DNA of 64,000 nucleotides from an uncultured Bacillales bacterium (GCA_946414655.1 CAMKPL010000001.1:125287-189286); one strand, 5' to 3'; counted from the first letter of the stretch, positions 45,967 through 56,643 are shown. Numbers and translations: made by a program. The notes: generated by a model not told the origin, from the sequence alone.

Positions 45967-47370
45967 CTAATATTTAATTGGATCACTTGTTCTTGGGAAT
46001 GGTTGAACATCTCTAATGTTGTTCATTCCTGTAACATACATAATTAAACGATCAAATCCAATGCCGAAACCAGCATGTGGACATCCACCATATTTACGTG
46101 TGTCTAAGTACCACTCAAGACCTTCGAGACAATGGCATTCTTCCATGCGTTTCTTCAAAACATCATAACGTTCTTCACGTTGGCTTCCACCAACAAGTTC
46201 TCCGACATATGGCACCAAAAGGTCGCATGCTGCAACGGTTTTACCATCGTCGTTTTGTCTCATGTAGAAGGCCTTCATTTCTTTTGGATAGTTGATCAAG
46301 AAGACTGGTCCTTTAACAACTTGTTCGGTGATATAACGTTCGTGTTCTGATTGTAAATCCATACCCCAGAAAATCTTGTTATTTTCAAATTTGTGTCCGT
46401 TTTGCTGAGCTTTTTGAAGTTCTTCGATTGCTTCTGTGTATGTCATTCTCTTAAATTCGCTTTCTAAAACATGATGGAGTCTTTCCTTTAATGTTTTATC
46501 AATAAAATTGTTAAAGAAATCCATTTCGTCTGGGCATCCATGAAGTGCAACATCAATGCAGTGTTTCAAACATGCTTCAATACAATCCATATCATCGTCC
46601 AAATCTGCGAACGCCATTTCAGGTTCAATCATCCAAAATTCAGATGCATGTCGGGTTGTATTTGAATGTTCAGCTCGGAATGTTGGTCCGAATGTATAAA
46701 CATCTCTAAAGGCCATCGCAAATGGTTCAACATGAAGCTGACCAGAAACCGTTAAAGCAACTTCTTTTGAGAAGAAGTCGGTCTTTGGGTGTTTGTCGTT
46801 TGTAATAACTCCAAATGTGTTGCCTGCGCCTTCGGCGTCGTTTCCAGTAATAATTGGCGTATGGACATACATAAATCCTTCGTTTTGGAAGAATTCGTGG
46901 ATGGCCATAGACATTGCGTTTCTCATACGGAAAACCGCATTAAAGGTGTTTGCTCTTGGTCTTAAATGAGCAATTTCGCGAAGGAATTCCATTGAGTGTT
47001 GTTTCTTTTGAAGAGGGTAGTCTGGATCAACTGGTCCAACAACATCAAATTCATGAACGTGGATTTCGAATGGCTGTTTGCCTTCTGGAGTTAAGACAAA
47101 TTCGCCCTTCACAGCTAATGCTGCGCCAGTATTAACGTGACTTAAAGATTTATAATCTTTGACAACCTTATCTTCATAAACTAATTGAACGTTTTTAAAG
47201 CATGTTCCATCGTTTAAAGCAATAAAACCTATTGATCCGTTATCACGATTTGTACGAACCCATCCTTCAATAAAAACATTCTTAATTGATTTTAAAATCT
47301 CTTTATATTCCTTCTCTTCAGAGTGAACAAGAGCATATAAATCGCTTACTACAACACCTTGGTATTCCAT
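45967..47370 (-). CDS. asnS: Asparagine--tRNA ligase
   Basis: GWVRTNR, LTVSGQL, FGPTFRAE, ELVGGSQREER, GFGIGFDRL. Confidence 0.96.
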   Translation of the reverse strand: MEYQGVVVSDLYALVHSEEKEYKEILKSIKNVFIEGWVRTNRDNGSIGFIALNDGTCFKNVQLVYEDKVVKDYKSLSHVNTGAALAVKGEFVLTPEGKQPFEIHVHEFDVVGPVDPDYPLQKKQHSMEFLREIAHLRPRANTFNAVFRMRNAMSMAIHEFFQNEGFMYVHTPIITGNDAEGAGNTFGVITNDKHPKTDFFSKEVALTVSGQLHVEPFAMAFRDVYTFGPTFRAEHSNTTRHASEFWMIEPEMAFADLDDDMDCIEACLKHCIDVALHGCPDEMDFFNNFIDKTLKERLHHVLESEFKRMTYTEAIEELQKAQQNGHKFENNKIFWGMDLQSEHERYITEQVVKGPVFLINYPKEMKAFYMRQNDDGKTVAACDLLVPYVGELVGGSQREERYDVLKKRMEECHCLEGLEWYLDTRKYGGCPHAGFGIGFDRLIMYVTGMNNIRDVQPFPRTSDPIKY

Positions 47371-47426
47371 AATCTACCTCCAGATATAACTTTTACATTA
47401 TAGCAACAGTTTATTAAAAACTGCGA

Positions 47427-48437
47427 TTAAAATGTTTTATATTTATCAATTCGCCAGTTCGGGTCACACGATACTGATATAGGCGCAACAATTCCCATCT
47501 TATAAAGATGTTCTCCTAATCGAGCAATCATTGCAGCATTATCGGTCGTGCACCAAATTGGTGGAACAATCAAATCAATTTCCGTGTTATCTAAACGTTC
47601 GTGCATTTTTTCTCTTAAATAAGAGTTTGCAGATACTCCGCCAGCAAGAACAACTTGTTTAATTTTGTATCGCTTTAAAGCTTTTTCTAAACGATCCATA
47701 ATCATTCCGACAGCAACATCCTGGAACGATTTACATAAGTCTGGAACCCTAATTTCATGTCCGCGAGCTTTTTCATTATTGACCAGATTTATCACCGCGG
47801 TTTTTAAACCCGAATATGAAAAATCTAGTGAATCATCGTGGAGTGGGAATGGAAGTTCATAAGTGTGTTGGCCTTCCTTAGATAATTTATCAATTGGGAT
47901 TCCGCCCGGATATGGAAGTCCAACAGTACGAGCCACCTTATCGAAACATTCTCCAATTGCGTCGTCTTTTGTTTCGCCAATAATCTCAAAATTCATCGGT
48001 TCTTTCATATAAACAAATTCGGTGTTACCACCACTGACAACAATTGAAAGAAGGGGGAATTGCAGGGGTTTTACGAATTCGTTTGCATAAATATGACCGG
48101 CTAAATGATGAACAGGAATTAGTGGTTTTTGATAAAGAATTGCCAGGGTTTTTGCAACTTGCATTCCAACATGAAGAGCTCCAATTAGGCCTGGGCCGCG
48201 TGTAAAAGCAAAAGCATCAATATCCTCAAGTTTTACATTCGCATTTTTGAGTGCTTCATCTAGAACAAACAATACATTTTCACAATGCAAGCGAGAAGCG
48301 AGCTCTGGCATAACGCCTCCAAATTGCTGATGCATTTTGATTTGGGTCGCAACAACATTGCTTAAAAGTTCCCCATCTCGAACAATCGCAATGGAGGTTT
48401 CATCACAACTTGATTCTAGTCCTAAGATTAATGACAT
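47427..48437 (-). CDS. tsaD: t6A tRNA threonylcarbamoyltransferase TsaD
   Basis: ESSCDET, GGVMPELASR, HHLAGH, GECFDK, GGVSAN, TDNAAMI. Confidence 0.97.
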   Translation of the reverse strand: MSLILGLESSCDETSIAIVRDGELLSNVVATQIKMHQQFGGVMPELASRLHCENVLFVLDEALKNANVKLEDIDAFAFTRGPGLIGALHVGMQVAKTLAILYQKPLIPVHHLAGHIYANEFVKPLQFPLLSIVVSGGNTEFVYMKEPMNFEIIGETKDDAIGECFDKVARTVGLPYPGGIPIDKLSKEGQHTYELPFPLHDDSLDFSYSGLKTAVINLVNNEKARGHEIRVPDLCKSFQDVAVGMIMDRLEKALKRYKIKQVVLAGGVSANSYLREKMHERLDNTEIDLIVPPIWCTTDNAAMIARLGEHLYKMGIVAPISVSCDPNWRIDKYKTF

Positions 48438-48889
48438 AGCATAAGCCTCTTTACCATATAAATGGCATCTTCTCCGTCAGCATAGTAATGTGGTTTTTTT
48501 ACAACAACTTCGTAACCATGTTTTTCATAAAGTTTGATTGCAGCAACATTCGATGAACGCACTTCCAAAGTAACGTTTTCAACAATGTCTTCGCCTTCTT
48601 TTGGAAACGTCTTCTCCATCTCATTTAAAAGAATGGTTGCAAGACCTTTTCTTCGATATTCTCTTGTTACAGCAATTTGAGTTATAGTTGCGGAATTGAA
48701 TGTAATCATAAAATTATTAAAACCAACAATTTTTCCATCGGCTTCAATAACGATGAATTTGTTAACAGGGTTTCCATTAAATTCATACTCAAGATCTGAA
48801 TATTTCCAAGGATCTAAAAAGCACTCTTTTTCAATTTCGTAAACCTTTTGTATATCTGCTTTTTTTAATAAACGCACTTTGTAATCCAT
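48428..48889 (-). CDS. rimI: Ribosomal protein S18 alanine N-acetyltransferase
   Basis: GNAT motifs RRKGLA, TLEVRSSN, YY.DGEDA; between tsaB and tsaD. Confidence 0.9.
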   Translation of the reverse strand: MDYKVRLLKKADIQKVYEIEKECFLDPWKYSDLEYEFNGNPVNKFIVIEADGKIVGFNNFMITFNSATITQIAVTREYRRKGLATILLNEMEKTFPKEGEDIVENVTLEVRSSNVAAIKLYEKHGYEVVVKKPHYYADGEDAIYMVKRLMLCH

Positions 48890-49479
48890 TATAAAAGCTC
48901 CTTCAGATAGACAGGATTTACGACGAAAGGATTTTCAACTAGTTTCTCATCGTTGAGACCTTTTGCAAGATTATTGATTGTGTCGTAGGAATTTGAATCT
49001 AGTCCAAGATGACCAAGTTCTCCATTAATAAGATAGTAAGGATGTTCAGCAATATATTTTTGAAGATCTTCATTACTCATAACGCAATCAGATAAAAGGC
49101 ATTTCTCACCCTCATACACGCCAACATACGATCGTCCACTTCGTGCGTTAAAAACGCAAATTGTTGGTTTGCTTTCGTCTCTTAATAAGGAAAGCGATGA
49201 AACAGCATAAACCTTAGTATGCAAAGCATAAGCGAGTGTTTTTCCAATTGTTACAGCGATTCTTACACCTGTATATGAGCCGGGACCAACTCCAATAACG
49301 ACGGCATCAATATCCTTGTTTTCAACATTGTTTCTTTTAAGAATTGTTTGAAGTTCACTTGTCATCATCTCTGATTGACGTTGCCAAGCTTCATAAAAAA
49401 TCTTATCGATGACTTTTCCGTCTTTTGCTAAGCCAACAGACAAATACTTGCTTGAACTATCTAACAAAATTTCAAACAT
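48889..49479 (-). CDS. tsaB: t6A biosynthesis protein TsaB
   Basis: GPGSYTGVRIAV, NARSG. Confidence 0.93.
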   Translation of the reverse strand: MFEILLDSSSKYLSVGLAKDGKVIDKIFYEAWQRQSEMMTSELQTILKRNNVENKDIDAVVIGVGPGSYTGVRIAVTIGKTLAYALHTKVYAVSSLSLLRDESKPTICVFNARSGRSYVGVYEGEKCLLSDCVMSNEDLQKYIAEHPYYLINGELGHLGLDSNSYDTINNLAKGLNDEKLVENPFVVNPVYLKELL

Positions 49480-49940
49480 TATTTACCCTCCAAAGCCGAA
49501 AAGACTTTCTGATATTTTTCAGAATCAGAATAAAATTCAAAGAGACGTTCATTATCGCTGACTCTAGTAATTTTAATTGTCATTGTATGAGGCGGAAGAA
49601 TACTTTCAATATAGTTTGGCCATTCTACAAAAGAAATGCCTTCACCCTCTAAAAATTCTTCTAATCCAATGTCAATATTTTGGTCTTCTAACCTATAAGC
49701 ATCGATGTGAAATACATTTGGTTGGACTTCAAAATAACATTTTAAAATGTTAAATGTTGGGGAAACAACGTGGTCCTTATAACCAAGTTCCATGAGCGCA
49801 CCTGCAACAAAAGTTGTTTTACCGGCTCCTAAATCACCAGTTAACAAAACAACACTTCCCGGCGTCAACTGACGTACGATATTAGCTGCAAGGCGTTGCG
49901 TTTCTTCTTTAGATTTTGAAATCACTTGTAATTTCAACAT
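49479..49940 (-). CDS. tsaE: t6A biosynthesis ATPase TsaE
   Basis: GDLGAGKTTF, SPTFNI, HIDAYRL, VEWP. Confidence 0.96.
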   Translation of the reverse strand: MLKLQVISKSKEETQRLAANIVRQLTPGSVVLLTGDLGAGKTTFVAGALMELGYKDHVVSPTFNILKCYFEVQPNVFHIDAYRLEDQNIDIGLEEFLEGEGISFVEWPNYIESILPPHTMTIKITRVSDNERLFEFYSDSEKYQKVFSALEGK

Positions 49941-49995
49941 AAAAAACCCCGATACATTATAGCAAAGTTAAGAAAATATATTTATAATATTTTTC

Positions 49996-50895
49996 ATGAC
50001 AAAGGAAACAACCGTTACAATTGTTGGAGCCGGACCAGCCGGTTTGTATTTTGCTAATCTCTGCCAAAAGGCGGGAATTGATTATCTTTTAATCGACGCA
50101 TCAAATGAAGTTGGTGGACAGATTACACACCTTTACCCCGAAAAAGAAATTGTTGATATTCCAGGCATTAATTCAATCATTTCAAAAGACTATATTTCAA
50201 AACTTTTAAAAGGGGTTGATAAAAGCAAAATTCTCCTCAATACAAAGGTTGAAAAAATTGAAAATAATAAGGTTTTTGCAGGTGATTTTGTTGCAAAAAC
50301 CAAATATGTCATTCTTGCTGTTGGATTAGGCTTTTCTTCGCCAAGACCTCTTGGAATAGAGCACGAAAATGAGTGCAAGAACATTCTCTATCACCTTAAA
50401 AAATTTGATTTTCTAAAAGATAAAAAAGTTGCTATTTTTGGTGGAGGAGATTCGGCGCTCGACTGGTCAAAAGAAATATCAAAGATCTCTAATGATGTAC
50501 ACTTAATTCATCGAAGAACAGAATTTAGAGGAAACCCTGAAACAATAAAGAATTGCAAAAATTTAAACATTCATCTTCCTTATGTACCATATTCTTTAGA
50601 ATATGAAAACGGAAAAGCTACATCGATAACAATTAAAAAAGTTCTTCCGGAAGGCGAGAAGGAAGAATTCGAAAAGATTTATGTTGATTACATTTTGGTC
50701 AACTATGGCAATGTTGCTGCTAACTGTGATTTTGGTTTTGAAAAACAAGGAATGTTTGTAAAAGTTGATAAAGACAACAAAGTTAAAGACAACATTTTTG
50801 CTGTCGGAGATATCTGCGATTACGAAAGCAAAAAAAGACGCATTGCGCCTTCAATTGCTGAGTGTAACAAGGTATTTAAACTTATTCAGTCTTAA
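49996..50895 (+). CDS. Ferredoxin--NADP reductase type 2 (YumC-like) / TrxB-like flavoprotein
   Basis: GAGPAGL, GGQITHLYPEKEIVDIPG, GGGDSALDW, HRR; no CxxC. Confidence 0.82.
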   Translation: MTKETTVTIVGAGPAGLYFANLCQKAGIDYLLIDASNEVGGQITHLYPEKEIVDIPGINSIISKDYISKLLKGVDKSKILLNTKVEKIENNKVFAGDFVAKTKYVILAVGLGFSSPRPLGIEHENECKNILYHLKKFDFLKDKKVAIFGGGDSALDWSKEISKISNDVHLIHRRTEFRGNPETIKNCKNLNIHLPYVPYSLEYENGKATSITIKKVLPEGEKEEFEKIYVDYILVNYGNVAANCDFGFEKQGMFVKVDKDNKVKDNIFAVGDICDYESKKRRIAPSIAECNKVFKLIQS

Positions 50896-51412
50896 AATCT
50901 CTTGCAAATCTCGAATAATATTCACGAATCTCTTCATCATTAAATGGAGATTCTTTTTTTTCAATTTTCTTATAAACTTCATCGACTGAATGAGAAAGGA
51001 TATTCATTATTTCTTGTGAGTAACCTTGCTCTTCGGCATGTTTTTTGTATTCGGATACATCGAGAAGTTTGGTTGATCCATCAGTAAATTTCTTTATGTC
51101 GAGGTCATAATCAATGTATTTGATATATCCTTTGTCATAAATTGCTGGGGACGCAATATTGACATAATAAGAAATGCCTTCTTCCTTAAACATAGCAATC
51201 ACATTAAACCAGCGTTTCTTAGAAAGAATAAACATTGCTGGTTCTTTTGTGTGCCATTTGCGCCCGTCAGCCTCGATGACCGAAGCTCGAATAGAAGCGA
51301 GCACAAAATAATCATCATTGTCTTCCACCACATAGCTATGTGACCATTGACGATGAAGTTCTTGATTATGCTTATAGGCCTGGATAATGACCCACTTCTT
51401 TTCTAATGACAT
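50882..51412 (-). CDS. DUF402 nucleoside tri/diphosphate phosphatase (YgaC/Ntdp-like)
   Basis: IQAYKHN, W.TKEPA, WFNVIAM, YYVNIASP, YIDYDLD. Confidence 0.88.
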   Translation of the reverse strand: MSLEKKWVIIQAYKHNQELHRQWSHSYVVEDNDDYFVLASIRASVIEADGRKWHTKEPAMFILSKKRWFNVIAMFKEEGISYYVNIASPAIYDKGYIKYIDYDLDIKKFTDGSTKLLDVSEYKKHAEEQGYSQEIMNILSHSVDEVYKKIEKKESPFNDEEIREYYSRFARDFKTE

Positions 51413-52440
51413 TAATCAAGTTCCTTTGCTAATTGACAGGCTTTTAAAATATCCTTTTTGTAACCTTTGACAGGCTCTTGGTTAAATGGACGATCTAATG
51501 GAATGACCATTAGTGGATCATCATAGCCAAGAGCGATATAAGTTGTTCCTGGTTGAATCGAAATCGCAATATCAACAAGCTCTTTGTTTGGCTTCATTGA
51601 ATTAACAATTTTCATCACTTTTGTGTTAAGTGTTTTTTCCCATTTTGAGTCATTTGAATAAATCGCCATTTTGGCATCGTCTTTAACGACTTTCACATCT
51701 TCTAAATTTGTTGGAGGAAGAGAACGTTGATCACCTTTTATATAAATATAAATTGGTTCTTTTCCTTCGTATTTATTTCCAGTAACGAGATACTTTCCAA
51801 CGAAAATTGGTGCAACTCGTTTATCGGTTTTAACAGAGCCTGCGCAGTCACAAACTAAGATGGGTTTTTTCTCATATTCAAACGTTGTTGCTCCGCGACT
51901 ACGAACTTCCAAAACATCTTTGTAAAGATTACTATCGATGAAAAGGTGGTCTTCAATTTTTCCTGGGTTTTCAAAGACAACTTTGTCAAAGTTCTTTGAA
52001 CCAAAAACATATTTGTTCATGTTTCCATAGAAAACAGAAAAATAATTTCTCATTTTTTCAGTCATCTTTTTTCGTGTTAAAAACGAGAAGGCTAAAACAC
52101 ATCCAAGTAGGACAACCGCAACACTAATCATCACTGGGAGCTGCCACGAGGCACCTTGCCCAACGTTCGGAATAATAAGGAATGTTCCAACCATCAAAAA
52201 CATCACGACGAAAAATACAATGGATTTAATTCTGTTTCCGCTACGATATTCACCTAAGAATTTAACTCGTTGATCTTCGATGGCTTGTAGTTCTTCACTA
52301 TCGTAAACTGGTTTGGTTGGTTCAGGTTGTGTTTCTAAAACAGCGCTTTCTTCTTTCGGCTGTTCAACCTGAGGCATTTCTTCATTAGAAGAAACCTCTT
52401 CTACTCGTACTTCTTTGTTCTGAACTGTTTCTCTTTGCAT
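51412..52440 (-). CDS. Two-TM membrane protein of unknown function
   Basis: Acidic N-terminus, two hydrophobic helices, soluble C-terminal domain; coupled to the DUF402 gene. Confidence 0.8.
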   Translation of the reverse strand: MQRETVQNKEVRVEEVSSNEEMPQVEQPKEESAVLETQPEPTKPVYDSEELQAIEDQRVKFLGEYRSGNRIKSIVFFVVMFLMVGTFLIIPNVGQGASWQLPVMISVAVVLLGCVLAFSFLTRKKMTEKMRNYFSVFYGNMNKYVFGSKNFDKVVFENPGKIEDHLFIDSNLYKDVLEVRSRGATTFEYEKKPILVCDCAGSVKTDKRVAPIFVGKYLVTGNKYEGKEPIYIYIKGDQRSLPPTNLEDVKVVKDDAKMAIYSNDSKWEKTLNTKVMKIVNSMKPNKELVDIAISIQPGTTYIALGYDDPLMVIPLDRPFNQEPVKGYKKDILKACQLAKELD

Positions 52441-52500
52441 ATGATCACCTATTTATACTTAAATAAATTGTATATGATTCACTTACATTATTATAGAAAA

Positions 52501-53541
52501 TTATTTTTCTACCGGAAACCGTTTATTAACCATAATCATCGGCCCATAAATCGCGACTAACGCTGCTATTGCAATTGCACCAGATATAGACACATAAAGA
52601 ACGTTATATGCCATCGCTGCTTGAATTTCGTAACCATAAATGATCATTGATGATGTGCAACCGCCCACAAAACGTAGCGCCGTGGAAAGAATTCCTCCAA
52701 TAACAATGAAGAGAATTCCTTTTATGTTATAACCATTTTGATCTTTTCCAAAAATAAGTGGTTGGAAAAACCCTAGAACGCAAACAGAGCCCATGCCCAA
52801 TAAATAGTCAAATGGGAATGTCGCAATGCCGTATCCATCAGCTAAACAACTTATTAAACCATATGTAATGCCAGCACCAATGAACCCTTTTAGCGGACCT
52901 TTTCTTAATGCCAAAATCATAAGTGGTAACATTTGAAAATTAACAGATCCACCGCTTTCACCAAGTTGAACAATCTTAACAAAGTTAAGAACAAGTGCCA
53001 TAGCAATTAATACACCTATTTCTGTTATATCAAGGGCACTAATTGAGGTATGGTTTGCGGCAATAGACAAAGCCATTAAACCAGCAATAAAGAATGCTAC
53101 TATTGGCAAAACATAACAGAAGAAAATATCATGTGGTTCATAAGCGAGTTCATAACCACTAGAAACATATAAATCGTTCGCTGCAATATCGCGGACGACA
53201 ATCGCGTTAATACCACTCAATAAGAAAAGTAAAACTGCGACAACATAGAAATTTTTGTGTTTACGTCCCAAAAAAATAGTGCCACAAGCAACGAGAGGAA
53301 AAACTAGATATGTTGCGATAAAGAACGCAGTTGTTGGGCCACTAAACGAGCCACCAAATAATGTGTTTCCAAGAGTAAATGATGGATAAGTTTTAACCCC
53401 ATCAATTTTAACCTTCACATCAAAAAATGTTCCTATAAAAGAAAGACCAATAAAAAGTAAAACAAAGCCGAGAATACATAATGGCATCAGTTTAATCATT
53501 TTTTGTCTTATTGGAGAATATTGTTGTTTTGACTCTTCCAT
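52501..53541 (-). CDS. thiT: ThiT thiamine ECF S component with extra N-terminal membrane domain
   Basis: C-terminal half ITEIGVLIAMALVL..GGSVN...PFDYLL...YN; TPP riboswitch upstream. Confidence 0.85.
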   Translation of the reverse strand: MEESKQQYSPIRQKMIKLMPLCILGFVLLFIGLSFIGTFFDVKVKIDGVKTYPSFTLGNTLFGGSFSGPTTAFFIATYLVFPLVACGTIFLGRKHKNFYVVAVLLFLLSGINAIVVRDIAANDLYVSSGYELAYEPHDIFFCYVLPIVAFFIAGLMALSIAANHTSISALDITEIGVLIAMALVLNFVKIVQLGESGGSVNFQMLPLMILALRKGPLKGFIGAGITYGLISCLADGYGIATFPFDYLLGMGSVCVLGFFQPLIFGKDQNGYNIKGILFIVIGGILSTALRFVGGCTSSMIIYGYEIQAAMAYNVLYVSISGAIAIAALVAIYGPMIMVNKRFPVEK

Positions 53542-53668
53542 AAAAAAATCCGCCTTTCGTTAGCGGATAATAAACAAAAAGTTCACCTCCGCTAGCATTA
53601 CCTAGATCAGGTATGGTCAATTCCGAAGAAGGAATAATCTCAGCCGAGTTCGCTCAGCACCCAAATAA
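53542..53668 (-). ncRNA. TPP riboswitch (aptamer about 53583-53668) with expression platform
   Basis: mRNA GGGUGC...GCUGAGA...GACC..ACCUGAUCUAGGUAAUGCUAGCGGAGG matches the THI-box consensus. Downstream UCCGC/GCGGA hairpin, U7, then AUG. Confidence 0.93.
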
Positions 53669-53678
53669 TATTTTAGTT

Positions 53679-54341
53679 TCATATATTAGACCATTCAATC
53701 TTTTTAATTCTGTTTGACTCTAAAAATTTGTTAGCTTTTGAAAACTGATGTTCATTAAACCATCCGCCATGATTCGCTCCAAGAGGCGATGGGTGGGACG
53801 ACTTTAGAATTAAATGGTTGGGGTTTGACAGGTATTTTTCATATTTTTTCGCAAAATTTCCCCACAGCATAAAAACCATCGGTTGGTTGCAAGAATTAAG
53901 AAATTTTATGACATCTAACATCAAGCAATCATATTCTTTTCTATGGTGTGAAAGGGCTTGTCCGGCAACGACCGTAAGATATGCATTTATTAACAGCACC
54001 CCTTGTTTTGCTAGGTATGTTAAATCACCGTTTTTAAAATCCATATCGCATCCAGTATCGTTATGAATCTCCTTAAATATATTTACCAAACTTGGAGGGA
54101 CTTTTGTGTCTTTTGGAACAGAAAACGATAATCCTTGTGCTTGACCTGGTTCGTGGTATGGGTCTTGGCCAATAATGACAATCTTGATTTGATTGACTGG
54201 TGTTAGTTCAAATGCTTTGAAGAGATTTTCACGAGCTGGATATATTGTTTTTGTCGCGTATTCCTCGTCAAGAAAACGCATTAACTCACGATAATATTCC
54301 TTTGTTTCTATTTCCTTAAAGAAATCTGACCATGTTTTCAT
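53679..54341 (-). CDS. ung: Uracil-DNA glycosylase (family 1)
   Basis: IGQDPYH, PPSLVNI, QGVLLIN, SHPSPL. Confidence 0.97.
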   Translation of the reverse strand: MKTWSDFFKEIETKEYYRELMRFLDEEYATKTIYPARENLFKAFELTPVNQIKIVIIGQDPYHEPGQAQGLSFSVPKDTKVPPSLVNIFKEIHNDTGCDMDFKNGDLTYLAKQGVLLINAYLTVVAGQALSHHRKEYDCLMLDVIKFLNSCNQPMVFMLWGNFAKKYEKYLSNPNHLILKSSHPSPLGANHGGWFNEHQFSKANKFLESNRIKKIEWSNI

Positions 54342-54393
54342 TGATTAAATTATAATTTTCTAAACATTGATAAACAATGTATAATTGTTTCAA

Positions 54394-55482
54394 ATGAAAA
54401 AGGTTCTTATCGTTTTTAATCATCCTGCGCCATACAAAGTTCGTTTATTTAACGAACTAAGTAGAAGAATGGATCTTAGCGTTATCTTTGAGCGAAGCCA
54501 AAACAAAAACCGTTCATTAAGTTTCTACTCTGAAAATGACTTTAAATTTAAAACTATCAAAGTTACTGGCATAAAACTTGGCGATGAAAATTTTCTTTCC
54601 TCGGGAGTAAAAAACCACATTAAGAAAAACCATTATGACTTAATTGTTATGAATGGTTATTCACAATTTGCCGAAATGAAAGCTATACGTTATATGCAGA
54701 AGCATAATATTCCTTATGTATTATTTATTAATGGCGGAATCATAAGTAGAAAAGAATCTAAATGTAAGCGAAGATTAAAGACTTCATTTATATCAAAAGC
54801 AAAGTTCTATCTTTCTCCCGATAAAGAATCTAATAAATATCTCGAATACTATGGCGCAGACAAATCTAAAATTTTTAACTACCCTTATTCAACCTTCTAT
54901 GAAAATGAGATTGCTCTTAAAGAATTAACCAAAGAAGAAAAGAATGCCATTAAGCAGAAATATGATATACAAGGCGAAAAAGTTTTTGTTTCCGCCGGAC
55001 AGCTAATCAAAAGAAAGAATTATTTAACTTTAATTGAGTCTTGGAAAGAAATACCTGAATCACACCATCTTTACATTTTTGGTGATGGAAAAGAGCACCG
55101 TCATTATTTGAAAATTATTGAAGATTTACAGGTGAAAAATGTTCATTTGCGTGATTTTTTACCAAAGAATAAATTATTTGAGATTTTCCGCTGCTCAGAC
55201 GTATTTATTTTCCCAAGCAACGAAGACATCTATGGTCATGTTATTAATGAATCTTTATCACAAGGACTCCCGGTTATATCGAATTTAAATGTTAATTCTG
55301 CTAAAAAACTTTTAAATGAAAAAACAGGAATTTTAACGAGTGACTTTTCAGCAAAAAATATTCTTAAATGTTTGAAACAAATCGAAGATAATACATCATT
55401 CGATGATTGCGTGCGTGTTGCCAAAGACAACTCTATTGAGAAAATGTCAGATTCAATTTCTCAAATTCTTTTGGAGAACTAA
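54394..55482 (+). CDS. Glycosyltransferase, GT4 family
   Basis: NHPAPYK, GQLIKRKN, FPSNEDIYGHVINE..SQGLPVI. Confidence 0.88.
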   Translation: MKKVLIVFNHPAPYKVRLFNELSRRMDLSVIFERSQNKNRSLSFYSENDFKFKTIKVTGIKLGDENFLSSGVKNHIKKNHYDLIVMNGYSQFAEMKAIRYMQKHNIPYVLFINGGIISRKESKCKRRLKTSFISKAKFYLSPDKESNKYLEYYGADKSKIFNYPYSTFYENEIALKELTKEEKNAIKQKYDIQGEKVFVSAGQLIKRKNYLTLIESWKEIPESHHLYIFGDGKEHRHYLKIIEDLQVKNVHLRDFLPKNKLFEIFRCSDVFIFPSNEDIYGHVINESLSQGLPVISNLNVNSAKKLLNEKTGILTSDFSAKNILKCLKQIEDNTSFDDCVRVAKDNSIEKMSDSISQILLEN

Positions 55483-56643
55483 ATGAACATTATTTTCTTA
55501 ACTTCTTCAACATCAGAAAACGTGTTTCACAACATTTGTTCGGAATCAAAAGTTTTACCAAACCCAAGCAATCAAAATTTTTATCATAAGCTCATTAAAG
55601 CTTTATCGTTTTATGACAATGTGGAAGTTGTTTCACATCGGCCATCTGCAAAAGGCATAACATTTTCGCCAATTGAAGATGATCATGATGACCGCGTTCC
55701 TTATCACTATACAAAAATCCAAAAAAATCTTTTCTACAAAATATTTAGAGAAAAACACCAGATTGTTGAAACCACTGTAAAAATTTTAGATTCATACCTT
55801 CACAAGGATTCCATTATTGTAGTTGATGTGTTGCGAAGAAATCTTTTAAATGCTGCACTAAAAATTAAACACAAACATGGTATTCCAGTTATTGGCGTCC
55901 TCACCGACAACCCTTACAACCTTACCAACGTATCAGACCATTATGCCGAGAAAACTATCGATAAAACAGCAAAGCTGGATGGCTTTTTAACATTAACAGA
56001 TGGACTTCTTGCGGCTTATGGAATCACAGGAAAACCAACATATATTTTTGAAGGAATTGTTGAAGATATACCGACGTTTAAAAGAGAGCCTTTGGGTGAA
56101 TATATTGCTTTTGCTGGCTCTTTGTACGAACGATATGGTGTCAAAAATCTTGTTGATTCATTTGATGGTCTAGACCAAAAAATTAATTTAGTCATTTTAG
56201 GAAACGGTCCATTAAAGAGCTATATTTCTAATCTCAGTCAACACGATCATCGCGTTTTATATTTATCTCAACTTAGCAAAAACAAAACATACTGTATCGA
56301 ACAACACGCTTTAGCAAACATTAATCCGCGTCCATTAAATGAGACTCTCGACAAACAGTCCGTTCCTTCAAAAATGTTGGATTATCTTGCGAGTGGTGTT
56401 CCAACAATATCAACAAAGCATCCGAGATTATACGAACTTTTCAAAAACGATGTCTATTGGATTGATGATACCTCTGGTCAAGGTATTCAAAAAGCAATTC
56501 TAGATTTTCTTAATTCCTCCCAGATTGAAAAAACAAAAAAGGCCTTGTCCGCCAAGACAAAGGTCTATTCAATGTTTGGAAGTTTAGTTCAAGGCGAAGG
56601 AATTTCTCACTTCTTAAATTCTTTTAATACATCTAAAAGCTGA
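55483..56643 (+). CDS. Glycosyltransferase (GT-B fold)
   Basis: FAGSLYERYGV, INPRP, PSKMLDYLASGVPTIST. Confidence 0.85.
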   Translation: MNIIFLTSSTSENVFHNICSESKVLPNPSNQNFYHKLIKALSFYDNVEVVSHRPSAKGITFSPIEDDHDDRVPYHYTKIQKNLFYKIFREKHQIVETTVKILDSYLHKDSIIVVDVLRRNLLNAALKIKHKHGIPVIGVLTDNPYNLTNVSDHYAEKTIDKTAKLDGFLTLTDGLLAAYGITGKPTYIFEGIVEDIPTFKREPLGEYIAFAGSLYERYGVKNLVDSFDGLDQKINLVILGNGPLKSYISNLSQHDHRVLYLSQLSKNKTYCIEQHALANINPRPLNETLDKQSVPSKMLDYLASGVPTISTKHPRLYELFKNDVYWIDDTSGQGIQKAILDFLNSSQIEKTKKALSAKTKVYSMFGSLVQGEGISHFLNSFNTSKS

